Of a DNA stretch of 59,685 nt, positions 9,201 through 18,714 are shown piece after piece. The notes under the pieces are model-generated. The model did not search any database. It was not told where the DNA came from and saw only the letters and a program-made list of their open reading frames with translations. Within the stretch, counting starts at the first letter, position 1; the number at the start of each line of letters is the position of its first letter. A program made the translations under genes and the position numbers. The stretch comes from a virus (lineage: Duplodnaviria; Caudoviricetes): IMG/VR virus record IMGVR_UViG_3300028400_000156, positions 1 through 59,685 of that record; one strand, written 5' to 3'.

Positions 9201-10774
9201 CGATGCAGCCCTACCTGCTGACACTGCCGCATCTCGGCGGGCGCTTCGGTGCCAACCGGGCCATCGGCGCCATGTCGCGGGCGTATCGCATGGTTGGGAA
9301 GGACATCGCCGGCGTCGTCATGAAGTCACGAGGTGGCCTTGCTGCCTTTGACTTCGTCAGTGGCGATGCCGACCTCAACATCGCAGTGGACCAGATCATC
9401 GAGGTAGCCTCCAACGAGAATCCGAAGCTCGGCAGCATGCTGCGGGAGCTGGCGGACCTCGGCGTCATCGACTCCACCTTCGCCCTCGAGGTATCCGAGG
9501 CTGCGCACAGTGACAAGCGCACGTTCCTGGACAAGATTGTGGAGGCTGGCCGCATGTTGCCGTTCGCCATCGAGATCCTTAACCGCGCGACGACTGCCAT
9601 TGCTGCCTACGAACTTGAGATGGATCGGCTCACAAAGGCCGGGTTCCCGGCGGCGAAGCGCCACGAGCAGGCCACGCAGTACGCCAAGACCGCTGTCGTG
9701 AAGACGCAGATCGACTACTCGGAGCTGAACCGGCCGCGCCACTTCGTGCGCAATACCGTGCTGCGGGCGATGACCATGTTCAAAATCTACCCGTTGGCCA
9801 TCCTGCAGTATCTGGCACTCAATACCCGCCGGGCGATGGACAGTAATGCAAGTGTCGACGAGCGCCGGGAGGCCGCGACGATCCTGGCGCTGACCGTAGG
9901 CACGCACTTCACGCTGGCCGGCGCTGCAGGCTCGATCTTCATGGAACCCGTGCGGCTGTTCCTGATGATGCTCACCGGCATCTTCGACCTCGAGGACGAC
10001 GAGGGCTGGCAGGAGTTCATCAAGGAGCCGGACATGATGACACGGAACTTCATCTACGATGCGACTGGCAGTGCGAAGATCGCCGAGGCCATTACCTATG
10101 GCGCGCCGCGGCTGCTCGACTTCGATATGTCGGCTCGTGTCGGCCTGCAGAACCTGATGATTCAGTGGAATAAGCAGGATACCTGGTATGGCACTGTGGT
10201 GGGGTCACTCGTGAACTCACTGGCTGGGCCGCTATTCGGCACCGGACAGAGTATGCAGCGGGGCATGGAGTACCTGCAGCGCGGTGGCACCGTGGCGCGG
10301 TCGCTGGAGTATTTCGCACCGAAGCAACTGCGTGACCTGCTGCGCGCCTATCGCTACAGCGAGACCGGCATGACGGACTGGAATGGCAGGGTGCTGGCCC
10401 GGGCCGATGAGTTCTCGACCTACGACCTGGCGGTGCGTGCCTTCGGGTTCACCACTGCGAAGGAAGCGAACATCTACGAGGCGAGGGACTACCTGTTACG
10501 GAAGGAGAGGGGCATAGAGAAGGAGTCGCAGGCATTGCGCCTGCGGTATGCCAATGCGAAGACGCGCCGGGAGCAGCGCGCGGTGTGGGAGGATGTGCAG
10601 AAATTCAACGAGTCTCTGCCGCCGGACATGCGCCGGGCATTCCGCCTGACGCGACGTGACCTCGTGCGCGGGGTCATCGCCAAGCGCCGGGCGGAGCGGA
10701 AGACTCGCAAGGGGATCGTCGTCGACAAGAAGAACCGGGCCATGCAGCACCGGATCAGGTCGATCAATCCGTAG
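6206..10774 (+). CDS. Large internal virion/ejection (polyvalent) protein with zincin HExxH and PLxRFG motifs
   Basis: 1522 aa; LLHEAVHAAT followed by NPLEFLAE; PYFPLNRFGNY; long helical C-terminal half. Confidence 0.75.
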   Translation: MKSLATCLAAHKVDPDDRQLINDIHQQLLTAGVDPRVAPLQAVVDTINIAVGDYNAIIKQLRRHDKSLEYHPPYEAPASMADVQRAVAEGAATLERTKKAKKPGLHKRNFETVEQVELAEQQVADGTYEPPIQPKPIDEIKVKVKRKRTAPRDEGTDYIQKRDWFDSLVDLERVGGLDARQDVVIKQVFGQLGGVIPVLADVNTLQDFLDKTAEYGGFTSLKDLLKVISAKLHGNDPYKRLADWLLNVDFGADTILVARTSGALLERDPGRALGSYYHVPYTITNKAGVEMDASLRIIALDAEHAADNDTLTRLLKREGQHDLSSLTMRLLLHEAVHAATVHKMALDEKFSQEVDALRRRMIAHYASKYDMPKSRVIESVYGLRNPLEFLAEMMTDANLQKEAMQVSYTAGDTRAEPGPASTVLHKFIEAVRRFLRVPPTIATVFDRTMLLAESLRVEYSDALGEQSAAYKTIPKVIAEIDEKLYGTDFAGTSSKETTDFISKAKAHDSVLGKVVSPIASVLSDNTEQQLADTWAKIRQGGHATAETLLGMLTLDHIQSRFSKLFQRPDNNPLNDYVDAKSREQAVAKKFERSGEHLHAQWLSIEKKHRGQPVMQEFEDMVTDSTVFQVHPDKAWLDPAHDAIRKNKVRAKVAEKAHARLRSTWNKLPPDMKAAYKATREFYRNSLVQMLDTVINNLTSMYGLTDPLLLDAIESAPDTESLLKLEVPLSNWDSLARSIGHMKELIRKSGPYFPLNRFGNYAISYRKKEVYSGYSSKQKAYDAAQSLASTMPGAVRGKPEKVAGQWQFTMTTEGFQLFENLSDAEAARAALQEDGYEVGGITKKVEMEIPDMSVAGRILAVAAKKLNKDGKVSQAYLEMKNALATMLPDTSFNNRLLRRKNIHGASKNHRRALASYIQAASWQLARLKHRKDVDEALAGLREVGKSRPGQDDGIKTSQVVNEIMRREAINHGDRSKVGEAIAKFGFINFLLTGSYAAINAMQPYLLTLPHLGGRFGANRAIGAMSRAYRMVGKDIAGVVMKSRGGLAAFDFVSGDADLNIAVDQIIEVASNENPKLGSMLRELADLGVIDSTFALEVSEAAHSDKRTFLDKIVEAGRMLPFAIEILNRATTAIAAYELEMDRLTKAGFPAAKRHEQATQYAKTAVVKTQIDYSELNRPRHFVRNTVLRAMTMFKIYPLAILQYLALNTRRAMDSNASVDERREAATILALTVGTHFTLAGAAGSIFMEPVRLFLMMLTGIFDLEDDEGWQEFIKEPDMMTRNFIYDATGSAKIAEAITYGAPRLLDFDMSARVGLQNLMIQWNKQDTWYGTVVGSLVNSLAGPLFGTGQSMQRGMEYLQRGGTVARSLEYFAPKQLRDLLRAYRYSETGMTDWNGRVLARADEFSTYDLAVRAFGFTTAKEANIYEARDYLLRKERGIEKESQALRLRYANAKTRREQRAVWEDVQKFNESLPPDMRRAFRLTRRDLVRGVIAKRRAERKTRKGIVVDKKNRAMQHRIRSINP

Positions 10775-13475
10775 GGATATCCATCTCGATAGCACGCACC
10801 CGGACCTCGGACATGGAGCCCATGCCCAGGCCGGGAGTCAATGTGCTGCGCCGCTCCGTGGCGTTGTGGTGATTCTTCAAATCGTTGATGGTGGAGTAGG
10901 GATGGAAGCCATGGTCCATGAGCCACTTGCGGAACTCAGGCAGGTTGATCCGCATCCTGTTCGCAGACTTCGAGGCGTAGATCAGAACCGGCTGCCGGTC
11001 TGGGTACTTGAAGACCTCGCCCTGATCGTGGCCGTGGCCCCGGCCTGGGAACCGCTCGGTGATGTAGGTGTTGTCAACGGCATCCGTCATGAATTGCCGC
11101 ACTGCCTGGAGCGATGAGTCATCCGCCAGCACTGCCTCTGCAGTATCTTCGTTGTCCACACGCATCTTCTTGATGGTGTCGATCAGGATGTTCAGGATGC
11201 CGCGGGTATCGAAGTCAACCAGCCCGATGGATTTGGCGATGCCGGCACCGACGATGATGGTGGCGACTGTCGTCACCCAGAACCGTTCATCCTGCGTGGC
11301 GTCGATGGATTTGGCGATGAGGCGCTCCGCTTCAAGCACCCGGTCAGTCAGCTTCTCACGCATCCCTACAAGAGTGCGCGCATACATCATGCCTGCGTGG
11401 CCATAGTTCTCTTCAACAGCACGGAGCGTCTGTGATGCTGTCGGGTTGTAGGGTATTTCCTGAGTCTTCTTGATGGTGAGTTCCAGCACACGGAGCATGC
11501 CGGCATTGGTAGACACGATGTTTGCGTCGATGTGGTCGAGCAGTGCCTCGTTGGAGGCTACCGTGATGAGTGTCTTCCAGCCGCCGGTCATCATCTGCTC
11601 GGAGGTCTTTGTGAGCCGGGTCTTGTCGCGGCCCTGGCCGGCCCGAAACACGAAGTTCAGGAACTCCGACACGTCGCGACGTTGCCGCAGCTCGTCCCAG
11701 TACAGGGGTAGCGTGTTCAAGGTGCTCATGCGGTGCGATACGGAGTTGGCAGTATCGTTGAGTGCATTCACACCGTTGACAGGGTGCCCCCACACCGCCT
11801 GCGCGACCTTCATCGCCGAGCTCTTGCCGGTGCCGGATGCCTTGCTGATGATGGAGAGGACCGCACCGGAGACGTTTGAGAACGCCACCAGCGGAGCGGC
11901 GAAGGTAGATGCCAACAGAACCTGTAGCTCGATGTAAGGTCCGTTGACGACGAGGTCAGCCGCAGCCTTCCACGCCTCGAGATTGCCCATGGGCAGGTAA
12001 GCTGCCTGCAGGGACTTGTCTGCGATGGGAGAGTCGATCTCCCCATCCTTTGTGATGAGCTTGCCGCCGGCGATGAATCCATTACGTGACCATCCGAACC
12101 GGCTGGCGAGGAGGTTGACCGACTTGGCGGCCTGCAACTGCTGTGCCCATGCTGCCATGATATGCTTGATCCCCTTGAACTCTTCAAGTTTGAGATTGAT
12201 CCCTGCTACCTGCAGCGATACGTGGAGGTTTGTCAGAGACTCCTTGTTCGCCAGGAACGGCAGGGGCTTTGAATCCCCGATGCGGAACTCCATGTAGTTC
12301 GATATTTCTCCTGTATCCGGGTTCTCCCTGACCTCGAATTTCTCGATCCGGTATGCACTCACCTGTTCCCGCTTGTCGTCCACCAACGTATAGATCCCGG
12401 CTGCATCCTGCTTGAATGGGTACGGGATCTCGTTCGGGTCGTTGGCGCTGGCTCGGCCCAGGCTTATGGGCGAACGCAGCTTGCCGCTGAATGGGCAGTC
12501 ATCGCACTTCGCCTGCGGATACTGCGCGAAGGTCTTGCACAGGGTTGGCCCACTGCGCCCAGCCTCTTTCGCTTCGACTCGGAGGTTGAACTTGCGCTCA
12601 GTAGTGCGGGAGTCGTAGGTCGGATGGCCGCTCGACACCGTGTGGATGAAGTCCCGGCCATCCGTGCAGAACGCCAACAGGTTGAGCGTCTGCATCCATA
12701 ACGGCTCTCCGCAGTCCTTGCCGTTGGTATCTGCGATATAGCCCATGGTCGGGCATTTGGCGATGATCTCCTCTGCATACCAGTCGATCTTCTCCAGCGT
12801 GGCGTTGGACAGATCATCCACATCCACTTCCGGGAGGTCGAAGGGCAGAGGCTCAATCACTTCCTTGGCGTTGAGGATCTGCGCGATGGACTCCGGATCG
12901 TAGTCCTTGCCGCTGTCGAGCAGCACCTTGCACTCACGCGGGTCACTCGGGTTCTTTGTGTTCATCGACCCCGGCGCTCGCATGATGCGCGCCACGTCCG
13001 CAGTTATGGCGTGGTCGATGGGGAACCTGTATTTGTTCGTCAGCTCGTTGAGGCGCTCAGCCATGTGCGCCCACTCGTCATGAGGAATGGCATAGGTGAA
13101 TGTCCAGTAGGCATGCACACCATAACCGGAGCTGACGATGATGGAGGGTGAGGGTAGCTGTGTCTCGGCACAGAACTGCTTGAGCTCAGTGAGCGCCGTG
13201 GCGCGGTCGGGAAACCCCTTGCCCTCGCCGCAGTCCATGTCGATATACAGTGCCTTCTTGCTGGCGACGTTATCGCCGCGTCGAGATTTTGAACTTTGAA
13301 AGCTGGCCGTGGCGAAGTAGACATTGTGGCCAGTGGCAGCAGCTTTTTCGGAAATCGTGGCCGCGTTTTCCAGTGTGGATACGGCTCTGTTTATGAACTT
13401 GTCGCCCTTCTGAGTGACAATGAAATAGGTGCCGCTGTCTGGCAACACCCGCTCATAGAATGTACTTGTTTCCAT
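10764..13475 (-). CDS. Primase-helicase: AEP/RepB-like primase fused to DUF927 P-loop domain
   Basis: YIDMD and VSSGYGVHAYW primase motifs, Cys cluster, SGTGKSS Walker A, LYWDE Walker B. Confidence 0.85.
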   Translation of the reverse strand: METSTFYERVLPDSGTYFIVTQKGDKFINRAVSTLENAATISEKAAATGHNVYFATASFQSSKSRRGDNVASKKALYIDMDCGEGKGFPDRATALTELKQFCAETQLPSPSIIVSSGYGVHAYWTFTYAIPHDEWAHMAERLNELTNKYRFPIDHAITADVARIMRAPGSMNTKNPSDPRECKVLLDSGKDYDPESIAQILNAKEVIEPLPFDLPEVDVDDLSNATLEKIDWYAEEIIAKCPTMGYIADTNGKDCGEPLWMQTLNLLAFCTDGRDFIHTVSSGHPTYDSRTTERKFNLRVEAKEAGRSGPTLCKTFAQYPQAKCDDCPFSGKLRSPISLGRASANDPNEIPYPFKQDAAGIYTLVDDKREQVSAYRIEKFEVRENPDTGEISNYMEFRIGDSKPLPFLANKESLTNLHVSLQVAGINLKLEEFKGIKHIMAAWAQQLQAAKSVNLLASRFGWSRNGFIAGGKLITKDGEIDSPIADKSLQAAYLPMGNLEAWKAAADLVVNGPYIELQVLLASTFAAPLVAFSNVSGAVLSIISKASGTGKSSAMKVAQAVWGHPVNGVNALNDTANSVSHRMSTLNTLPLYWDELRQRRDVSEFLNFVFRAGQGRDKTRLTKTSEQMMTGGWKTLITVASNEALLDHIDANIVSTNAGMLRVLELTIKKTQEIPYNPTASQTLRAVEENYGHAGMMYARTLVGMREKLTDRVLEAERLIAKSIDATQDERFWVTTVATIIVGAGIAKSIGLVDFDTRGILNILIDTIKKMRVDNEDTAEAVLADDSSLQAVRQFMTDAVDNTYITERFPGRGHGHDQGEVFKYPDRQPVLIYASKSANRMRINLPEFRKWLMDHGFHPYSTINDLKNHHNATERRSTLTPGLGMGSMSEVRVRAIEMDIPTD

Positions 13476-13540
13476 CTGGTTCTCCGAAGGATGAGCGGCC
13501 GGCCTCGTGCTGGGCCGGCCGCCCTACTCTACGGCAAGGG

Positions 13541-14524
13541 CTACTTGCCTTCAAGCTCCGCGATGATCGCGTCGATGTCATCGAGACCGCCAGAGTCAGC
13601 AGCCGCCGGTGCATCTTCCTTCTGCTCGGGCTCCTCTTCCTTCGGTGCAGCCTTTTTGGCAGCGGCCTTCTTTTTCGGAGCAGCCTTCTTCGGCTTCGGT
13701 GCCTCGTCCGGCTCCTGCTCGGGCGCCTCCTCGAACTCCGTGTCCACGGTGGACGTGGGCTTGTCTTCCTCGGCCGGACGCTTGGCACTGGAGTCGAAGT
13801 CAGACTCGGAGAGGATGCGACCGATAAGGTCATCACGGGACAGCTCGGCGATCACCTTGGCCTCAGCCGTGTTGATGGGGCGCACAGCCTTGAAGGTCAG
13901 CTTCGGATAGGAAGCGTCGATATCGAAGCCCAGGCGCGTGATGACGGCGTTGTAGGGGAAGCCCTTGTCCATCATCTTCCGGCCGTAGACGGCGAGATCC
14001 TGCAGCGAGGTGGCGGGGATACGCAGCAGCATGGGGTCGTCGTTCACACCCTCGGGCAGTGGCGACATGACCTTGACCGCGACCCGGCGATGGTCCGCAC
14101 AGGCTTTCGCCTTCTTGCCACTGTCCGTGATGCGGGAACCCCACTGGTTCTTCGGGCAGGAGGCGCAGTTGTCGGCCTGCTTGTGGAGCGAGTCCGGCTC
14201 CGGAGTTTCGCCGTTGATGCTGTAGCAGTCCGGCGCCTCGGCGTCACCATCCGAGTAGCTTTTCTCGTAGTACATCTTGGAGATGTTGCGGTTCGCCTTG
14301 ATGAGGACGACCTGAATGCTGGCCGCAGGGTCGCCGTCCTCATTGGTGATGAGGAAATCCTCGCCGCCGGACTTCACGCGCCACTTGGAGGATTTGATGC
14401 TGAGTACCTGGAACCCGCCGCCGGTGGCGCCATGTACCAGATCATCACCCAGGGCCTCGGCATCGAAGATGTCACGCATCTCTGCCGGCAGGTTGTCAAA
14501 GATTGAAATTACGTCGTTGCTCAT
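13541..14524 (-). CDS. Putative ssDNA-binding/annealing protein with acidic and K/A-rich tail
   Basis: PDCYS..G..P, CASCPKNQWGS, KAC motifs; acidic C-terminus; replication-module position. Confidence 0.6.
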   Translation of the reverse strand: MSNDVISIFDNLPAEMRDIFDAEALGDDLVHGATGGGFQVLSIKSSKWRVKSGGEDFLITNEDGDPAASIQVVLIKANRNISKMYYEKSYSDGDAEAPDCYSINGETPEPDSLHKQADNCASCPKNQWGSRITDSGKKAKACADHRRVAVKVMSPLPEGVNDDPMLLRIPATSLQDLAVYGRKMMDKGFPYNAVITRLGFDIDASYPKLTFKAVRPINTAEAKVIAELSRDDLIGRILSESDFDSSAKRPAEEDKPTSTVDTEFEEAPEQEPDEAPKPKKAAPKKKAAAKKAAPKEEEPEQKEDAPAAADSGGLDDIDAIIAELEGK

Positions 14525-14533
14525 GGTTTACTC

Positions 14534-14917
14534 CTATGATCGCCTCACGCCAACGGTGAGATCAGTTGAAAGTGAAACACCCGGAATGAGCTCCCCGGTG
14601 TTCTCCAGCAAGTCCTTTACCCCCTCGGGGCTGAGGCGGCGGACAAGCATGTGGTGGTACCCGTTATCGAGTACATAGCGCAGCGCTTCGTCCCAATCCT
14701 GGACCTTGACGGATGTGCGCTGAGATCTGTAAACAGTGCCAGCCTTCGTGCGCGCTGACTCCGTGCCGACCTTGTTGAGCATCTCGAGCATCGCATTCTC
14801 GATAGCCGACATACGTTCGTTGATCGGTCTGAGTTCTTCGGAATGCCGCTCCTTGACCTGTTTCTTCAGGTCGCGCAGCTTGATATACGCTGCGGCAAGG
14901 TCATCAAGTTTTGCCAT
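14534..14917 (-). CDS. Conserved phage replication-module protein (coiled-coil N-terminus)
   Basis: Start reassigned to MAKLDD; YIKLRD...RTKAGTVY...VQDWD...IPGV pattern. Confidence 0.65.
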   Translation of the reverse strand: MAKLDDLAAAYIKLRDLKKQVKERHSEELRPINERMSAIENAMLEMLNKVGTESARTKAGTVYRSQRTSVKVQDWDEALRYVLDNGYHHMLVRRLSPEGVKDLLENTGELIPGVSLSTDLTVGVRRS

Positions 14918-16463
14918 CTGGTTCGCCCTCGAATAACTCCAGTAGTGCGCCCTGGAGGGATTGCTTTGATTCAAGGCGGCGCACCGCCCGGGCCTCGACC
15001 TTCGAGGCCACGATATGAATGATGTTGGTGTGGAACTTCTGCCCGGGCCGCGCGATCCTGGCGTTGGCCTGATCGTAGATTTCGTAGGAACTGGGCAGAG
15101 AGAACCATACGATTGTGCTGGCCGCAGTGAGCGTCAGACCATGCGACATCGTGGCCGGGTGGGCTACGATTACCCGCGGGTTCAGCGAGCGCATGAAATC
15201 ACTGAATATCCGATCCCGCTCCCGCTTCGGCACGTCGCCATACACCATCTCGCAACTGATGCCGACGCGAGACAGCACAGTATGTAACATCCGCACCCCT
15301 GCTGTGAAGGGTACGAACACAATTACTTTCTGCTCGGTCTCACGCAGGATCTCCAGCAGGAGCTGCAGCCGAGGCTTATTGTTGATGTAGATCGCCTTGC
15401 CGTCGGCGTCGTATATGAACCCAGCCGATATCTGCATCAGCTTGCTGAGCTTCACGCCCTCGTTCGCGGCGGTGATTTTGCCGCTGGCGTACTCGATATG
15501 GAACATGGTCATCATGTTCTTGTAGGCGTCCTGCTGAGGCTTCGTCAGTTTGCATTCAAGCGTCTGCGTAGTGGAGGGCGGCAGGTCTATGCAATCCTCG
15601 GTTGCGAACCGTACAGCGGGCTGCAGGGCCTGATGGACGAGGGTATTCGCATCGGGCTTCGGTGCCCACTTGAACTGCGTGATCTGGCGCATCGTCTTTT
15701 GCTGCCACTGCTTGAAGAATTTGGGCACAGACCATGGCGTGAGCAGGCGGGCCTGTGCCCATGCGTCGGTTGGCGCGTTGGGGGTTGGCAGGCCGGTAAG
15801 GCCCCAGGCATACTCGCGCTTCTGCAGCACCTTGCTCAGTGCCTTCCACCGCCGGGTACGCGCATTCCGAAACGCAGCCAGTTCGTCGATGATGACGCAG
15901 TCTATATCTCGTGCGCCGGTGAGCTCGGCCAGGATCGTGTGGATGCCGTCATGGTTGATGACATAGATTTCGGCGTCGCTCTGCAGGGCACGGATGCGCT
16001 GCGCTCGCGTCCCATGCAACACGGCTGTGTTCAGGTGCGGGAACGCCATGAATACTTCATGCTCCCACACGGTCGTGAGCGTGGAGAGCGGGGCCACGAT
16101 CAATGCCTTGCGCACTTCGCCAATGCGCATCAAATAGTCCAGTGCGTACAGGGCCGCCCGGGTCTTGCCGGACCCCATGCCATTGAGTACATAGGCCCGC
16201 TTGTTGTCCGCCAGCAGGGCAGCAGTCACACGCTGGTGTGCGAACGGCGTACCACTGGCCCAGTTGTACTCGACTTCAATGGGGGACGGCACAGTGAATC
16301 CAAGGTTGCGCAGCAAGCGCACCTCATCCTGCTTGTGCGGGACAGCCAGATACTTGCCATCTCGTAGCGGGGTGCTGTGCGGGATCATGGCGGCAAGCCG
16401 GCCTGACCCTGGCACGACAAGCAGTTTCCGCCCGGGCACGGGACGTGCTACGAGCGCGTTCAT
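14904..16463 (-). CDS. SNF2-family DEAD/DEAH helicase
   Basis: MGSGKT, IIDE, LTGLP, HGLTLTAA, QANARIARPGQ motifs. Confidence 0.92.
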   Translation of the reverse strand: MNALVARPVPGRKLLVVPGSGRLAAMIPHSTPLRDGKYLAVPHKQDEVRLLRNLGFTVPSPIEVEYNWASGTPFAHQRVTAALLADNKRAYVLNGMGSGKTRAALYALDYLMRIGEVRKALIVAPLSTLTTVWEHEVFMAFPHLNTAVLHGTRAQRIRALQSDAEIYVINHDGIHTILAELTGARDIDCVIIDELAAFRNARTRRWKALSKVLQKREYAWGLTGLPTPNAPTDAWAQARLLTPWSVPKFFKQWQQKTMRQITQFKWAPKPDANTLVHQALQPAVRFATEDCIDLPPSTTQTLECKLTKPQQDAYKNMMTMFHIEYASGKITAANEGVKLSKLMQISAGFIYDADGKAIYINNKPRLQLLLEILRETEQKVIVFVPFTAGVRMLHTVLSRVGISCEMVYGDVPKRERDRIFSDFMRSLNPRVIVAHPATMSHGLTLTAASTIVWFSLPSSYEIYDQANARIARPGQKFHTNIIHIVASKVEARAVRRLESKQSLQGALLELFEGEPDGKT

Positions 16464-16750
16464 TCCGACCAGTCCAGATTAGTGATGAGCTCGACGAGCG
16501 GTCCTGTATCGCCATCAATTACGATGCAGGGTACGCCCTTCTCTTCATAGCGACGCATCGTCTCCTGTTGGCGTGGAGTAGGCTTCTTGCCGGGGGCCTT
16601 GGCCTCGATGCAGAATATGCGCCCGCCCACTGCGCAGATGAAATCCAGCGTCGGCTCGCCGAACCCACCGGGGACAGGCATATACCACCAGCAGCCGTAA
16701 GACTTGAGCACGCGCTTGATGGCGGCCTTGACCCTGCCTTCAGGCGTCAT
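16460..16750 (-). CDS. VRR-NUC domain nuclease
   Basis: Start MTPEGRVK; LDFIC...IEAKAPGKKPTPRQ. Confidence 0.85.
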   Translation of the reverse strand: MTPEGRVKAAIKRVLKSYGCWWYMPVPGGFGEPTLDFICAVGGRIFCIEAKAPGKKPTPRQQETMRRYEEKGVPCIVIDGDTGPLVELITNLDWSE

Positions 16751-16925
16751 CGAAGATGTCCTCCAGATCCTCCACACCCAGCTCACGCAGCTCACGACGT
16801 AGCTGCATGGCCTCGTATTTGGCGAGCGCCTCCATGTGCCGCTCCTTCGCCGGGTCACTGACCTTCGGCATGGGCGGGCGCTGGGACGGATTGATGTGGT
16901 AGTTACGATAGGGATGTTTACTCAT
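16740..16925 (-). CDS. Small hypothetical protein
   Basis: GAGG RBS before MSKHPY; fits the operon. Confidence 0.55.
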   Translation of the reverse strand: MSKHPYRNYHINPSQRPPMPKVSDPAKERHMEALAKYEAMQLRRELRELGVEDLEDIFDDA

Positions 16926-16933
16926 GATAATCC

Positions 16934-17587
16934 TCACTTGCCGTTGTAGGGGCAGTCCTTGTATCCGCAGTATTTCTCGCACAGAAAGTTCTGCTTGAGT
17001 GGCCAGGAATCAGTAGCGTAGGAGTTCTCTATCCGGTCGAGCACGGGGTGGACCTTCGCCCACACCCTCGGGAATTCTGCGGTGGTCAGCGGCTGCGGCG
17101 TGATCTTCTTGTCCTTCGTCCAGTAGTAGGCCAGGGTGAATTGCTCAACGTCCGGCAGGTAGGTGTGCAGGGCGATGGCGCTGAGCTCCAGCTGCAGGAA
17201 GTCGTCGTACCTGCGGCCTGTCTTGTGATCGACCACGAGCGCCCGGCCATCGTTGACCTTAGCATAGTCGATGACGCAGCGGAACCACACGTCCTTGTCG
17301 AAGTATCCGGTCGGCTCCAGATCCTCTGTGAGGGCGAGCTTCTGCTCTGGCATACCTTCGCCGGAGGCGTCGCGCAGTTTCTTGAGCACCTTCTCATGGT
17401 GTTTGAGGTCCAGTGGTAGCGGCGAGCCCTTCATCAGGTAGTTCTCGAACTTCTTGTGCACCATCTTGCCGTACTCAGCGGCGTCGTTGGACTTGAATGG
17501 CACGACCTTGGCCACCTTCTCAGCCCAGTATTTGCGCGGGCAGGTCTTGTAGAGCGAAAGCGCGGAGTAGCTCCAGGCAAATGACAT
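16934..17587 (-). CDS. PD-(D/E)XK RecB/Cas4-like exonuclease
   Basis: WSYSALSLYKTCPRKY, G..VH, ID...VVDHKTG...QL, C-terminal Cys cluster. Confidence 0.85.
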   Translation of the reverse strand: MSFAWSYSALSLYKTCPRKYWAEKVAKVVPFKSNDAAEYGKMVHKKFENYLMKGSPLPLDLKHHEKVLKKLRDASGEGMPEQKLALTEDLEPTGYFDKDVWFRCVIDYAKVNDGRALVVDHKTGRRYDDFLQLELSAIALHTYLPDVEQFTLAYYWTKDKKITPQPLTTAEFPRVWAKVHPVLDRIENSYATDSWPLKQNFLCEKYCGYKDCPYNGK

Positions 17588-17821
17588 AGCATTCTCCTTA
17601 CGAATTACGTCAACTTTGTTGACAAATATCCACGGCTACCAACAAAAGGCGCCGCAGACTTGAATTAGGGTGCGGGTGTCCAGGCTTATGGCGTTTCTAA
17701 TTACGGCGCCCACCTTTGACCACTGGCCTGCATGTGATGAAAAACAGGGGCATGCGAGGTGTGGCAGCACTGGCACTTACCGGTACCCGCTGGACCGGGG
17801 GTGAGGAGTTAGGCGCCAACC

Positions 17822-18040
17822 CTATACCTCGGTAACCCAGAATATCATATACCACTCAGGGTCAGCGTTATCGGTGACGACGGACAGCTGCGCCGTGTGG
17901 TACACGACGTAGTCATCCCCACGCTTGTATTTCTCGTCGGCCGCGGCGTCGACGCGGGCGGCGTAGGTGTCCACATCGTCGGGCAGCTCCTTGACGACCT
18001 CAGCGAGCTTCTCGCACTCCTGGCGTTTGATGACTTTCAT
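17822..18040 (-). CDS. Hypothetical protein
   Basis: ATGA-coupled to the exonuclease gene. Confidence 0.55.
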   Translation of the reverse strand: MKVIKRQECEKLAEVVKELPDDVDTYAARVDAAADEKYKRGDDYVVYHTAQLSVVTDNADPEWYMIFWVTEV

Positions 18041-18714
18041 AGGATAGTAACTCCTCGGGATAGCAATTCCCGGTTGATGCTGATGAGATGTTGGGCCTGG
18101 GCCGTGGCGTCGGCGAGTGCACTGTGCGCAACCGCAGGTTTGACTTTCGATGCGAGCCTGTGACCTCCAGTGGCCTCGATCCGCGCCTTGATACGGTCAG
18201 CCAGCTCCACGTCGCCACGAGCGATCATCCGCTTAAGGGCGGGGTTCGTAGGGCTGGGCACTCGCAGTGCCTTGACGGTGCGGTAGCAACGGTCGGTCCA
18301 GAACTCCCATGCGGGGGTGACGCCGACCGCGGCCATGGCGTGCTTGATGATGACGTTGTCGAAGCCAGCGCCGTTGCCCCACACCTCCTTGTCGGAGACA
18401 AAAGTGTTGAACGCTTCAAGGGCTTCGCGCAGGGGCAGGTGCATGCTGGTGTTGTCCGTCAGCAGACGACGTGCGGCATCGGACTGCTTCATCCACCACT
18501 GCAGGGTTTTGGCGTTGACCTTGAGGCCAGCGTCGAGGCAGCTCTGGATATCCACGAGCACCTCGAAGGATGCACGGATAGTCTCCATGTCGAACCGCAC
18601 GGCACCGATGGACAGGATGACGGAGTCAGGCTCGGTGCCCATGGTTTCGATGTCGACCATGATGTGCTGATCCGCGAGCTCTGTGTTGTCGTCGAATATG
18701 GATAGTTGGGTCAT
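18037..18714 (-). CDS. DEDDh 3'-5' exonuclease/exoribonuclease
   Basis: MVDIET, VWGNGAGFD, DRCYRT, HSALADA. Confidence 0.9.
   Translation of the reverse strand: MTQLSIFDDNTELADQHIMVDIETMGTEPDSVILSIGAVRFDMETIRASFEVLVDIQSCLDAGLKVNAKTLQWWMKQSDAARRLLTDNTSMHLPLREALEAFNTFVSDKEVWGNGAGFDNVIIKHAMAAVGVTPAWEFWTDRCYRTVKALRVPSPTNPALKRMIARGDVELADRIKARIEATGGHRLASKVKPAVAHSALADATAQAQHLISINRELLSRGVTIL

Noticed and set aside
16934-17587. Cas4 as evidence of a CRISPR-Cas system
   Set aside because: No repeat-spacer array or other cas genes; a stand-alone exonuclease is ordinary in phage replication modules
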